A DNA stretch of 64,000 nucleotides from Chlorokybus atmophyticus. Its lineage: Eukaryota; Plantae; Mesostigma and Chlorokybus algae. The notes beneath the pieces were generated by a model. The model was not told the origin of the DNA and did not search any database. It saw only the letters and a program-made list of their open reading frames with translations. The stretch covers positions 218,150 to 282,149 of the forward strand of contig RHPI01002112.1 of the NCBI GenBank assembly GCA_009103225.1, written 5' to 3'. Positions 38,001 through 51,549 of the stretch are shown one piece after another (positions within the stretch are counted from its first letter, which is position 1; every line of letters starts with the position of its first letter). The position numbers and the translations under genes are program-made.

Positions 38001-38888
38001 CGGGGATACAAAGTTTGTATGTGTAGTGTAGCGACGGCGTGCGTGTGTATGAGGCATGGTAGCAGCACTGACAGCTCAACGCTTGCATGTCTATGTAGTA
38101 CCGGGTTGTGCTTGATTCATCCCATGCACTCGACGCTTTCGCGTACTTGCATTTTCTCTACTACAATAAGCATGCAATGCTGCAGCTGTTCAAGATGTCA
38201 CTTCCGCGTAATGCATTGTGCAGTCTGGTAGCTTGAGCACTTGGAGCCGGCAGTACAATGCTGTGCAAGCTGTTCACGAACGTACCAACTAAGCTGGTGT
38301 AGTCGTTGGGCTGCACGTGTATAAGTGTACATTGTAGTAAAAGATCACGGTAGTCGCATTGGTCGGGAGCTGCATTGAACTTCAACGGGCGGAAAAACAT
38401 GTAGTGGTTGCTTTCTCAGATGTTGCACAAAGCCACCTGCTGCACAACCTGCCCGTGACAGTAACCATGATGATGAGCAGCACTGGAACAAGCTACCAAC
38501 TCACAACGATAGCTGCAGGCCGGAGTACCGCGCAAGTTCTGCGTACAACAGCAATGGCACTCAATTGTCGAGCACCGTGCTCAACGTGACATCTGTGGAG
38601 TTGCAGATGTAGCTTGCCTCCAATTGCCAATGGGTACTGAAGTTGAGACATGTATGGCAATCCTTTCATGTACATATCATATCTCTAGAATGTACAGGGC
38701 TACAACATGCTTGAAGTAACTAGCTATATCACATGACTTAAGCCTACCTACATAACCACAGCATTCTGGTCACAGCAATATGGCTGTACAACCAACCAGA
38801 TATGTACACTACAGAACTTATGCTGTTAGTTATGATTTCCCCTGTTCTGCACCCAATCCCCACCCATGCTAACTCACCAGCCAGAATG

Positions 38889-41800
38889 TCACCTCAGCTC
38901 AGCTGCCCTGGAACTTGCCGGTGCCTCTCTGTGTTCCAACACGGGTGTGGCCTTGTCTCCTACACGCAACACCACAGGCTCTGCAGCGTGATCATCTAAG
39001 ACAGCAGACAACAGCACGCCAAAGTTGATTCGCCCTGCGTGGCGCCGGAACGACGCAAGCGCCAGCAAAGGCTGCCCTGCAGTGGACCGCATGCCTGTCT
39101 GTTGATCAATATTAATCATCGAGCACCTCCCGCATGGTCCCGTCACAGTTAGAGTCACACCACCCATGTTGATTGCCGTCCAAGCATCCTCTTGGAAGGC
39201 GTGTCCGCCATGGATAATGAAGTTCGGGCGGTAGCGTTGGGCAGACACGTGCAAAGCCTTGTCTGATATCTTCACATTGACTGCGTCCACACTTGCCGTG
39301 CAGACAGCTAAGACCTGCCCTTCATTGGAAAACGAAAGAATTTGTTGCCGCTTGGACAAGGCAGCAGCAGGCTTGATGCTTCTCACAGCTCGTGATGCAA
39401 CGCCTTGCCGCACTAGACTGCAACGCACACCCACGGCAGCAGAGAACCAATCCGACACCTGCACGAAACAGTCACGCACGACAAACCATTATACATCTTT
39501 CGTAGAATCTTACACTCAGCAAGGCATACCTCAGAGCCGTATGCCCGGCCCGTTACGCACTCGCCGCATACGCTCAGGTGAGTGCGGGGACAATGTGAGG
39601 CTTCTTCATCTAAGGGAATTGACAGCTCTTTGGCCATGCAAGGTGAGGTGACAATCAGCCGTCTGGATGCCAAGTCAACCACCGGTGTAATGGCCGTCAG
39701 CCGCGTGTATCGCTTCTGCGTCAATGCTGCTCCAGTAGAGTCCACAACAACCCATTCGCGGTCAAAGAGAAGACCGCTGCGGCCCATTGGCCAGCTCTGG
39801 ACTGCATTACCGCCGCATGACTTGATGGGGTACACTAACAAACCAGCCAGAGAGCATGTGCTGCGCTCAACTGCCGATGATGTCTGATTAACCTCCTTGC
39901 CTTCAGCGCTGCGCTGAACAAAATAGTCTTCGACCATCACGATGAAAGCATCGACGTCTTCGAAGGAAGATATGTAGCCGAGCGACACGCGCACGGCTCC
40001 AGAGGGTTTGCCATCGATGACGTCTCTGTCATCCCAGCAGACATGTCCGCCTTCATGGTTTGCACGCATATCCTCCGGCGACAGCCCCAGCCACTTGCAG
40101 CACGCTCCTGGGTTGCAGAAGCAGCCTGTGCGAAGCTGTATCCGGTGCAGCGACGCCAGCTGTTCCACCTCTCGATAACCGACCACACTTCCGTCTGCGC
40201 GAAGTATGCTGAGGGCCAGCACAGGTCCTTGAGCGTGCGGCGCCGAGTGGTGGTTGCCGTACAGCTGCACGACTGGCCTTTTGTTGTAGTGCCGCAAGCT
40301 GCTGAGACGGCACGCAGCGTAGCGCGTCAAGGAGCCTGTGTGCTGCTCAATCGCGCGCATTCCCAGCTTGTTCAGCCTGGCGAAACCGTGCCGTATTGCC
40401 AATATTGACAGATACGGCACTGTTCCATCTTCCAGCCTTTCATGAGCCTGTGCATGTTCAAAAGTCAGAAGCTCTGACCTTTGTATCTTGTCGCTGTACA
40501 AACATCAGTGTAACACTTGCTTGTACAAATTCTAATATCAGTGTAGTCATGCACAGCATGCGTGCACCCATTGTTGATTCCCATTGCTTAGTGTTCTGCA
40601 CACTACAACTGAGTTGATCGTCTGCCTCTCTCAGAAACGCATGCGCCAGGTGTGTGAAGCTGTGAATTTGGCAGTGCTTACTTGTTGACGGAACTTGACA
40701 TAGTCCTGCTCGGCCAGCGACACCTCTACAGTGCCACCTCCAAAATACGACTTGTGGAGGTGCTGCAAGGCGTCGTTCTTTACCAGCAGGGCACCCAGTC
40801 CAGTCGGGTACCCAAACAGCTTGTAGAAGGACAGGGCAACAAAGTCCGGCTGCACGGCTGCCAAGTCCAGTGGAGATGTCGTGCATGCCTTTGCCGCATC
40901 TAAAAGAACCAGCCAACGACCCCTGAGAAGGATGAATTATCAGCGCAACCCTCATGACCACAATCAACAGTAAAGCATGACTAGTCGACTTTACCTGCCT
41001 TCTTTGTCAAGCCCACCTTGCTGTGCATGTTGTATGAGCTCAACGTCAAACTTTGCCCCTGAGAAGTTGCATTCCGCTGGCATGGCAAAGAGGTGACACG
41101 CTGCACCGTCGCTGCTTGTGACGATGTCTACTTGCCCCCGCTGCTGCCGTGTGTACTGAGAGACATGCCAAATGCCGCTGTCTTCCCTGTGCACATCTAC
41201 AGCATAACTTGTGGCGCCATGCTGCAGCGCAACCTGCCTGATGCCCAACACGCTGTTGTGATTCTCCCTGTAACACAACACACAATGGTCATTGGTTGCC
41301 AATCTGCAACAAGTCATCATGGCGTCTTGCTGACCTTGAGATACACCAATCACGTAGTGCACAAGCAAGTTAGTAGTACGCAAGCCTGAGCTGAAACAAA
41401 GACATGCAAGCTCGAGTGCATAAAGGGATAGACTCAACTTGTGACTGATGCTCACCTTGTGTAGACAAACTTGCTGCCTGTGGTCCAGCTAAACTGCTCA
41501 GCGACCAGCTTGAGAGCCGCAGTGGCACCAGCGCAGAACACGCACGTGTAATCATTCGAACTTACGTTGAAAAACAATAGCACCTTGGCACGCGCTTCCT
41601 CAACCAACCTAGCCGACAAGCTGCCATTGTCGTTCTGACTGTGCGGGTTCCCGAGAACGTTGGAGGCCAGCTCGTCGTGCACAGCATGCAGCTGCGTAGC
41701 GCTATAGAGCGTCGCTCCAGCATGGTCCAAGTAAGTGACGCCTAACCACAACAAACAGCCTGATGAGCCAATACCCAAGGTTGGGGACAATTCGACTTAA

Positions 41801-42450
41801 AACCGCTATAAGCTCTCCTGCTTGACAAGCTGTTTGCGTACACATATTGATTGCGTGTATTCTTCTGGCTCAACTCAGTAAACGCTACGCATAGTCAACT
41901 CCGGTTGGAAGCATCGTGTATACCGCAAAGCAACATCCAGTTGCATGTAAGGATCAGCATGTTTTGCATATAAAGCATCGCCCTGCTACACGCCACAAGC
42001 CGTGTAGCAGGGCTTTCCTGCTGTTACTGCCGCAGCAAACAAGCAAGCTCGACTGGTCAAAGCAGAAACTTTAGCAGTCGGTATGTTGCAAGTGACTCAA
42101 AGGTCAAGCGTGCAGGGAAGGGGCACGCTCTCACCTTTCAGCTGCGGGAATTCCCGTGCATGCCACTCGTCAAAGTCTCCAACAACCGAGCCATAACCAT
42201 AGCTCTTTCCTGCTTCCTGCAAGAAGCGCTGCTTGCGCTCAGCAGCGGCGGCAGAGGCAGCGCTACTGATAGTTTTGCTGCTGGTAGCATTTACTGGCTG
42301 AGCTCCAGGCAGCGAAGGAACTGTCCAGACCAAAGCGTTCAGAGCACTGCGTAATAAAACCAGTAGCCTCCGTAGCCACACCAACACTATCCACACCGCT
42401 GAAGGCGCTGCCGCCGCCTCGGCGACGTCACCACCGCCTACGCCGCGCAT
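38889..42450 (-). CDS. ABA3: Molybdenum cofactor sulfurase (NifS-like + MOSC domains)
   Basis: YLDHAGATLYS, GNPHSQ, ENHNSVLGIR, PAECNFSG, PLP lysine SFYKLFGYPTGLG, catalytic LRTGCFCNPGAC, GAVRVSLGYISS, YPIKSCG, DREW, RYRPNFII and GPCGRC. Confidence 0.96.
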
Positions 42451-42560
42451 GCCCACAGTGGCATTGTGTCGGTACGGTCGAGTTGACGGCAATTGCGGGA
42501 AGCACGGGTTTCTAGCTCACTGGGTTGCGTGGCACGCCCCCTCCCCTTCCCCCTCGCGCG

Positions 42561-42564
<4 letters not shown>

Positions 42565-42612
<48 letters not shown>
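42565..42612. repeat. (CT)n microsatellite upstream of ABA3
   Basis: About 24 CT units. Confidence 0.95.
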
Positions 42613-42615
<3 letters not shown>

Positions 42616-44587
42616 CAGCCCTGCATAATAGTGTCAGTATACCGCTATTTGCAAGTCATTATGTGAAAATGTTTGGTGTATATGATTTAACTTTGTATCA
42701 AAAAACATGTACGTGAGCATTGATACCGTTTCAATGTAATGATCGTTCAAATCGTGAATAGTGCTTGTAATAAAAGTTGTTCTAAGTTAAAAGCTTTATG
42801 GTTGTATGCGTATATTACATGACGTCACAATCAAGTGTTGCTGAAAGCAATGATGGTCAGTGAACTTAATGCATGCTATAACGATCTTATACCCATAAAG
42901 CGTTTTGCTATTATACCGATTTTAACGAATACATAACGCCATGTGTGCGTTGTTATATGCGTACATAGAATAGAGTTTATGCTAAAGCTTGCGGCGGCAA
43001 TGACGAGTGACCATGTGACTTAAACATGCAGTCATGAGCTTACATATAAGCATGCTGATAACCATAATGCTCTTATGGGTTGTATTACCCTTGCACTTAA
43101 GTATGCACATCCTACCAGTATAAATATAGTGTTCATCAAGCAAGGTGGCCGTGGATTTGTGAATGATAACATGATACATGTATTATATACTAGCAAAGGT
43201 TCATAACATTGTATAGGCCTATAACGTAACGGCTTGCCGATCAAGAAGGCTGTTGCCCTTGTAAAAGTTGACAATTATTCCTACTTTTAGGACTCGTTAT
43301 TTGCGAGTCCTAAAAACTTTGAATGACTCATGAACTACGAGTCGTACTTTACGAGGCAGTCCGCACCAGTGGTAGTGGTGCTTTTTGGGCTTGGCGAAAG
43401 GTGCATGCCTCCGAATGCAGCTAGTGATTAATGGCGAAAACCTGGTAAAAATCATTTATTAAACTTTATGTTAAATCATTTATTCTCACTCGAATCCCAT
43501 TACATTATAGAGCTATCAATATGTATTAAACTATCAAATGGTATATTAGTCTCAATAAAGCAAATAAATAATAAACATTGCATGCTTGAAGGGTTTATGA
43601 TATTATACTGTATACATTGTTTATGTATATGCGCAACAATTGTGGCGGGGATTATATTATAAAGTAGTTCTTACATGTGAAAGACCAAGTGGACCCAAAT
43701 TTTGATGGTACCATGTTGTATCATACGATTGGTGATGTCATTTTACAATCATAACACCTCAACACTAACTTTTATGGACAATTCGGTGGGATTCCCCGCC
43801 AATTTTGGCGGGGATTGGCAGGTTTCGCCAATTACCGGATTGGGACCCCTCTGGTGAAACTTGGCAAAATTACTGGCGAAACCTGCGAGAATCCGCACCA
43901 CCTGTCTGCTGCGACTCGCCGGCTTTTCGCAGAAGAGCTTACTGTCTGCGCTCGACGCTGGTTGGCGAGTCGGGGCCAGCGCCGGGGGCGTCGATGTCGG
44001 TGCTGACGCGGACCAGGTGGACAACAACGGCGACGACGACGACGGCGGCGAGGGCTGCCTGACTGCTGCGGGTTTGGGGGCGGCGGAAAGGGTTGTGGAG
44101 CCGACGGGCAGGGGATACGGCGGCACAACAGCGACAGGTGAGTGTGCTTCGCTGGTGCCAGCGCGGCGGGGAGCAGCGCGTGGGGTGACCTGTGGGCTGG
44201 CGGCGGCGGGGGACACGTCTGCGCAGTGCTTGATCTAGTTGTCGTAGCTTGCCATAGAGGGGGCGTTTTGGCGCTTTCATTTGTCTCATTTGCAAGTGTC
44301 GTGGTTTGTGGCTGCGCTGCGATGGAAAGTCCGTGCGTCGTGCTGGCTGTTGTCGAGTAACACGTAACTTAGAGTTTGTTTTCTGCCCGTTTGCCTTTAC
44401 TTGGTATACCCCGCTGCCTATGTGCGCTCGGACAGCCTCTGTGTCCGCCTGCACGCGGTCAGCTGGTAGACGCATGCCTTGCTGAGGCTGGCTTTTGTGC
44501 TCAACGCTTGCTCTTTTTACAGCCTTTGCGTGTCCTTTCGTGTGACGTGCCCGTTTTGTTTTTTTTATAGAGAAAAAGCAGTTTGCC

Positions 44588-46298
44588 ATGGAACTGCCCA
44601 TGGAGGACGCCTGCCAGATGGAAGTTTCTCAAGGTCTTGAAGGCAAGCGGCTGGCGAAGACGTTAGGCGACTTGCACGAGGACTGCCTGCTGCTCATTCT
44701 CCAAGCCCTGCCGTCGTTCGCCGACCTCGCCCGCGCCGAGTGCGTCTGCAAGTCCTGGCGCATGATTGGTGAGTGCATGCATGATTGACATAGGCTGCCT
44801 TACTTTGCCATTCACTCGCATGCGTTATTGGAGTTTCCAAGAGGCAACAATATTCTTGATTTAGAGTTGGGCTTAGGTATCTGACATATGGTGTCACGAA
44901 ACCTGTGCTTTAACAGAACATGCAGTGCTTCGTTTGTGCATATGCACACAGTCAGACCATAAGGTATGCCAGCATGTTGGAGGTCATATGCGCTTGTAGA
45001 TTGTACGTTTATTGTACTAGTGCAGTACACAAGCCCATATGAGAAAGTTACATATAGTGTGGTTGGTTGCGGATAGGAGCTGCCGAGGGGCTATTCATGC
45101 ATGGTGCATCAGGACGCTGTCTCAGCATCAGGGTGTTGGCATTGTCGTTTTGTAGGTGTATGTGGTCGCACAGTGGTGCATGTGTGAATTAGGGTTGTTT
45201 CTTTGTCACAGTCATGAACTGGGGCTTGTGGCGCCACACCTGCACGAGGACGTTCCCCCATATGAACGCTGTCACGTCAACTGAAAGCATGTCGGGCGTG
45301 CTGCTCACGCAACAGCAGCAGTCATCAGCCTACCGCCTCCTCTACAAAGAACTGTCGCGACCGCCGTGCGCCCGCAGCATCATCTCTGCCGCCGTCTCTG
45401 CTAGCAGCACTGACCATGGAGAAGAGAATATACAAAACACGGTATGAACTGATCCTCCTTCTGACCACAGATGTATCATTAATGTTGATGCTGCAGTGTT
45501 TGTTTCATGAGCAGGGCGTCGTGTAGGTTTTGCTTTCTGGCTTGTGACAGCATGCATTGCATGTAGGTGTTGTCCCGTGCTTTGAAGAGGGCAGCAGCGG
45601 CGCGAGAGCATCATCCATGCTATTGGTCGAGCAAAGGTTCGGAGCGCTCTGATGGAGCAGAGTGGCTGCTTTACCAGCTGGCGGCTCCGCTGACTGTCGT
45701 GCATGAGATCCGGCTGCAACCGTTCTTGGCGGACTTTCAACCTGGCGACCCTGTGTACTCGGCGCGTGCAGTGCGTTTCAGGCTCGGTTACTGTCCCGAG
45801 TTTGTAAACACGTCCGTTGAAGAGAGGATGCGGGACGCCACGAAAGGAAGGCGCAAGGTGCCTCCTGAAGGAGAGTGGACCTACACTTCGCCCATCTACC
45901 CGATGACTCAGGAGTTTGTTTTGCAGCGGTTCCGGCTTCCCGAGCCCGTGCTCTGTGTGGGTGGAGCGCTGCTTGTTGAGCTGCTTGGCCACACTGAAAG
46001 GCAGGAAATTGACTCCCTCTACTACATCTGTGTGTTCCACATTCACGTGGTTGGTAGGCCTGCGCGCTCCTTCAGCTGCAAGCAGTCTCCTCAGGGCTGG
46101 CAGCTGCTGTGCCCTGACCAGCTTAGCGAACCGAACAACTCCGACACCGATGATTCGCTCATATCGTACGAGTTGCCATCGTACACGGGAAGCAGTGATG
46201 ACGACGATGATGAGGATGGTGACGACCAGGAACATGCACATGCGCTTCAGTACATTCTGCCACAGATTGTGAATGGGACCATGTTCATTCATTACTAG
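44588..46298 (+). CDS. F-box protein, At4g00755-like
   Basis: F-box LGDLHEDCLLLILQAL...ARAECVCKSWR, then SASSTD, YWSSKG, IRLQPF, VYSARAVRFRLG, WTYTSPIYPMTQE, FRLPEPVLCVGG and ERQEIDSLYYICV. Exons at about 44588-44769, 45211-45445 and 45567-46298. Confidence 0.85.
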
Positions 46299-47022
46299 CT
46301 TTACTGTACCTCTGCATAACGCCGGGCATGCAATTGCAGTGCACGTGTGCTGACAGCTCTACTGGCCTTGGCTACATAGACTGCGCTCTTGTTCAGTTTT
46401 GTGCTGCAAGTTTGAGCGCGGTGATACATTTTGTGCGTATGCAATAATTTTGACAGCGTAGGGTTGCTTGCCAGCCGAGGTCAGCCCTGGACGTGCTAGT
46501 CTTCAGATGAGAACTGGTGCGCTCTGTTGCCCGGTTGCCAGCAGCGTTGGCAGTTCGCCAGTTTCAGCTCACTCCGCTGCTGGAAGGCGGTCAAACTGTC
46601 TGTTGCATAGGCAAAATTCGTCAGTTAACGGACAATACTATCAGGACAGACCAAGTACAATAACAACAACAAGCACACACAAGCAAGTAGGCAGTGGAGC
46701 AGGAGCTGAGGGTACAAAAGATGTAACATGCATTTGGTGCACACAAGGGGTATGCTGCTGTGCCAGCATGTGTAGCTTAGACTGTTGGAACATGCAGCCA
46801 TGGAGTTAAACATGGAAGCATAATACAGCATCAAGTTGTAGTAAGACAGTGATGCGCATTGCAATCCGTTTGTAATTGTAGTTATGTGCTCAACTAACCT
46901 ATGTAAATGGAGACTCATCAATAGGCTTGGCGGATCAATTGGCGCCAGCTGGTGCCAAGGCCACAGAAAAAACAAGGCTTGCCGCCGTTGAGATTGATGC
47001 TTAACTTTTGAATCTGAATGGC

Positions 47023-50000
47023 TCACACCATGGGTGCAGTTTGCCTCAGCAAGTCCGCAAGTGCGTCCATCATGGCAGGCTTGTGCACTTCCATGGCCGG
47101 GAAGTTCTTCAGCAGTTGCAATGCCAGCTTCATCCACGCCTCAGCTTCAGACAATCTGCCAACCTTTGCGTGCAGCGCAGCGCGGTTCCAACAAGTAGAG
47201 ACCAGCCACTGGCCCTCGTCCTTTGGGCAGTCCTGTTGTTTGAGAGCGTTCAGCAGCTCGCAGACTTCTCTGTACAACTGAAGCGTGTCTGTGCTGTCTC
47301 TGGCGCAAGCGTCTGATAGGCTAATGAGGCGGCGATAGATCGTGCAGATCAGGCGGTAGTCTGGTGCAGGCTCGTTGGACAGCATGGACAAGCTGATACG
47401 GAAAGCGGCAACTGCAATGTGCGTATTAACGTGAGGTTGCCTGCATGCGCTGACCGCCATCTTGATGAATGAGTCCGCACCAAAGCCGGGTACACTCTTG
47501 CATGCATTGAGGATGTTCTCGAGACCTTTAGTGTCTCTCAGCCTCATAGTGGCATCAAACAGAAGCAGGTGATAGTATACTTCAGACTTGTCAGGCTGCT
47601 GTGTGTCCATATGCTGCGCAATTTTCTCTTGCACCTGCATCAACCAGTCACTCTCAGAGAAGCGCTTGAGCGAATGTGTTTCCAGTCGTCAATTGAGCAC
47701 AAGCTTTCAACAGCTGGCAACAGCATCAGCAAGCAACTACGCAATGGGTGTGCTGTACCTTTGCACATCGGTCAAGCAATGTCAACACCATCCTGAGGTC
47801 GCTTGGTCCGTCATCTGGCGTGTGCAGTTCCAGCAGTCTGCTGCAGGCAAGGATGAGGCAAAGCCGCTCCCGAGAAAGCGTCTCTAGCGATGCTGGCAGT
47901 GCAGCTTGGAAGTCCGCTGCGCTGGTGAGCAGGATGACGCATTCTGTTCCATTGCCCTTCACTCCAGCATCGATGCCATAGTTCCAAGCTTCTTCCGCCA
48001 ACCATAAACACTCTAGTTGTCCAGTTTCCCCGTCACCAAACAACGCGTCGTACCCATCTGTTTGCAGGCGTTTACGTGCAAGCTCAAAGTAGCCACTCAG
48101 CTCTGTGTAGTTTGGGTCTGGAGCTTGAGCCAGTTGCTGCACAGAATGAGAACGAGCTTACAGTGCGAACTGCAACAAGATCAAGACCAAGAGCGACGCA
48201 ACCAATGACATCGCGGTTACCTTGATGATGTTGCGAATGAGGACGACCTGCCTTTCCCGTTGGTTGTTGGCAGTGTAGTACTGAAGCAGCAGTGCCAAAG
48301 CGGCTACGGCGACAGAGACACCAGCTTTGGCGATGACGGCCTCATGTGTAGCCAATATGAGGTATGCCGGCCTGCATTGGTGCATGTGTTTCCTGGCAGT
48401 GATGAGCAGCGGGGAGATGGGTGGGGTGGGGGTGGGGGGAGAGGGCCTGGTTAAATTCTTACTTACTCAAAATCACTGCACGCCAGAATCTTGTCCAGCT
48501 GCTTCGTTGCTGCGTCTTGATCTTTTTGCATCAAGAACAACTTGAACTTCAGAAACGCGCAAACCGTGTTGTCTGGGTTGATCTGCTGGGAATAGGCGTG
48601 CTCAGCAGTCGTGTACAAGTATGCGTGGGCGGCCAATCCGGTGTGACACTATCCAAAGCATGCGCAAGTTGCTCCAGGTCTGACCTTTTCAGCCATGTTG
48701 AGATAGTCCAAGGCCGTTTCCAGCTGTGATGCACCGAGCGAGCAAAGGCATATCACTCGGAGTGTCTTCGCCTGTGAACACAAAAAGCAGTTGATATGCT
48801 TTGCACCTTGCGCCTGCAGAAATGATGATGTGGCTTGCAAGTACCAACCTTGTTCTCTGTGTCATAAGGCCGTAAGTACAGCATGGATGCTTCCAGTACC
48901 GAGCTGGCGAGGTCATATGACTTTGAGTTGAACAAGTCCACGCCACACTGCCAGAGCAAAGCATGACAGCATCGTTGCGGTTTGCAATTGTTGGACAAGT
49001 TGCCGCTTGCAACAAGAGAGGCAATGCTGTCCGTGTTCAGCACTTCCAGAGCTGTAGCAACTGCCTGTTCCTGTTTCTCCCTTAACAGCATGTCCGCAAA
49101 GTAAACGGGCAGCATGGCATGTGTGGAAAACCTGCACGCAGTCAGCACCATTATGTGAATGCACCTAGTGCTGCTGCAAGTAGGAGTGGGTTTGGGCAAC
49201 ATGCAAATGGCTGTGTTTGTGCACCTGTTGTGGAGCTGGAAAAAGGCTGTTTTGGCTGCAGCGACACGCCCGTGCGTCACGAACACATTCAATGCTTGCA
49301 AGCATGTTTGCGGGTCTGCTTTGGGGTGACTGACAAGTGCCTGCAGTTCTGTCTCTGCTTGCTCAAGGCGTCGCATGCCAGCTAGCGCTTGCAGAGCAAT
49401 GTAGTGCTGGCTGAAATGGTTGCCCACTGCTTTGCAACTTGTAGCTAGCGGGCTCGACAAGACTCGCCAAGCGCTCTGGAAGCTCTCATTTTTAAGGTGC
49501 GCTGCTGCTAGGTACCTCACAACTGCCGCCTGCGCTTCAGCCTTGACCTGAGCTTCTTTCCCTGAGGCCTGAGACTCTTGTGAGCACAACTCAAACGCCT
49601 GCATCACACAGATGTTATTCAGAACCAGCGCAACACAGGCATGCATTGGTTGACTCGTTTAATACACATGCCAACTGAAGACACAACATGACCATGCAAT
49701 GCAAAGTTGATCCTAGTCTTGCAGTACTCTGCCTTCTCAAGGTAGGTGATGGCCTCTGCAGTAGCTTCCTTCGCACCGTGGCGCATGAGGTCCTTGCTGA
49801 AGTTAAGGTACTTCTCAACAATGGTGCCCAGCTTGCCCAACGACTTGCTTTTAGCGCATTCATTGCACGCTCGGTTCAAAAGGTTGCTGGCAAGAGGCTT
49901 TTGACCGATAGCCCAGGCTGTCCTGAATGCATACAGTATCATGCATGCATGTATGGGTGCAGTCTAATGCATGTTCTCAGATCGTGCGCATGGCACGGCA

Positions 50001-50806
50001 TTGTCAACAATCTGCTTACTGAGCTCTGTTGATCCACAGCTCCAACAGAAGGCTTGAGGGTGAGCTCGTGCTCTCGGGGTCATCACCGTCGTTTGGCTTG
50101 CCCAACTCTTCTTCAAGCTTTGTAGCAAACTCAGTCGCCTTGCTGAAACAGACTTCAGCAAGCTCGAACTTGCTGAACGCCATCCAAAGCGTGCCCTATG
50201 ACCAGAAAACAGGAAAAAGACGTTCGCGGGTACTGCATGGATACTCAAGGGCACTGTATGCATCGTGTTTACCGTCTTGACAAAGAGTTGAAGCCTCTTG
50301 ACGAAAGGCATGTGCACACACCGCACATCATCAACCTCTGTTGCCAACAGCAAGTTGCACGCCGCTTGGCGGAGCTTGATGCTATTCTCGTCAGTTGCGC
50401 CATTGCGCTGATTGTGCAGCTCAACACAGGCATTCCTGACCATCTAATAGTTAAGCACCCTTCACAACGAGGTCGCGCAAGTGCTGGGGAGAAGGGGGGG
50501 GAGGGGGGCATGCACAAGTGCAATTTGTGCGCTTCACTTGCAGAGCATTCGAGAGGCATTCTGAGTTACACAATAGACTTACCACAGGTCGAAGGCTTGT
50601 TTCCAGACATCAACAATCAGGGAGTGGTTCTTGTCTGCTCCTGTCTGGGGCGGCACAGTCTTGGATAGCCTAAGAAGCTGCTCTGTCAAGGAAGCCTCAA
50701 CGTCACCAGACCTGACCGCGGCCTCAACGCACTTTACAAGGTACTTCAGCCGGTCTACAAACGCTGCCCAAGCTTGCTGCACGTCATTCGCCACCTCTTG
50801 GCCCAT
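47023..50806 (-). CDS. ZIP4: Meiotic TPR-like crossover protein ZIP4/SPO22/TEX11
   Basis: N-terminal FDLWNACVELHN; central CHALLWQCGVDLFNSKSY...LEASMLYL; C-terminal PKDEGQWLVSTCWNRAALHAKVGRLSEAEAWMKLAL. These match the land-plant ZIP4 pattern. Confidence 0.82.
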
Positions 50807-51549
50807 GACTCCCTAGTCATTGCAGCTTTCGCCCATGCTCAGTCACTTCGTCTGTCCAACATCATGACATCCACCACTGGTGTCGCTTGTAGATTCAGCT
50901 GGTACGATAACACCATTAGCAGCATGTCCACAACAACACCTTGCTGCTCCCCACAGCAACGACCATGCACAAGCTGCAACCAACTCGCAAACCGTCATTT
51001 ACACTGTGTCACGTTAACAACAAAAAAGTATTAAGTTGAAAAACCACTACCAATGGTCTGCTCAGCTTCAATGCTGTAAGCAATGCAGCACATAAACACA
51101 CTCACCTCCTTGTGGCGTCCGCTGCAGCTGGTAGCAAGCACTAGACCAGCAGCACCGTCACACCCTTTTCGCCCCGGTTCAAGTGTGCGTGCTACCAGCT
51201 TCAAAGGTAGCTTATAGAACCATGCATGCAAGCAACAAGCTCCACGTCACAACACCGCCGCCGCCACCACCGCCGCTTAACGCCAAGCTGAAAGCGGCGA
51301 GGAGCATAGCTCAGCATGCGCACACGTGAGATGACCGCTTGCCAGTCTGATTGCGGAAGTTGGACCGGTGACAACACCGTTACGGCTTGTGGTCGACCGG
51401 CGTTTTGCAAGCCAGCAGAGCATATTCAGCCGGTGAAGCTCATTGTTGGCGGTGTAGCCCGTGTCGGCGGCGTTGTCGGAGGCAGCACGGTCGGGGTAGG
51501 GAGGGGCAACCCCAAGCATGCTGCAGGACGTGTTTGCTGTGTCAGATTC

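Noticed and set aside
43993-44062. 22-aa uORF in the F-box gene leader
   Set aside because: Low-complexity sequence with no evidence of conservation or translation.
45342-46292. 316-aa antisense ORF over the F-box gene (and similar shadow ORFs over PIG-O, ABA3 and PDH)
   Set aside because: By-products of GC-rich codon usage on the opposite strand; no motifs.
50807-50875. Four uORFs just upstream of the ZIP4 start
   Set aside because: A TAG acceptor 6 nt before the ATG could place them in a 5' UTR intron; undecidable without cDNA.
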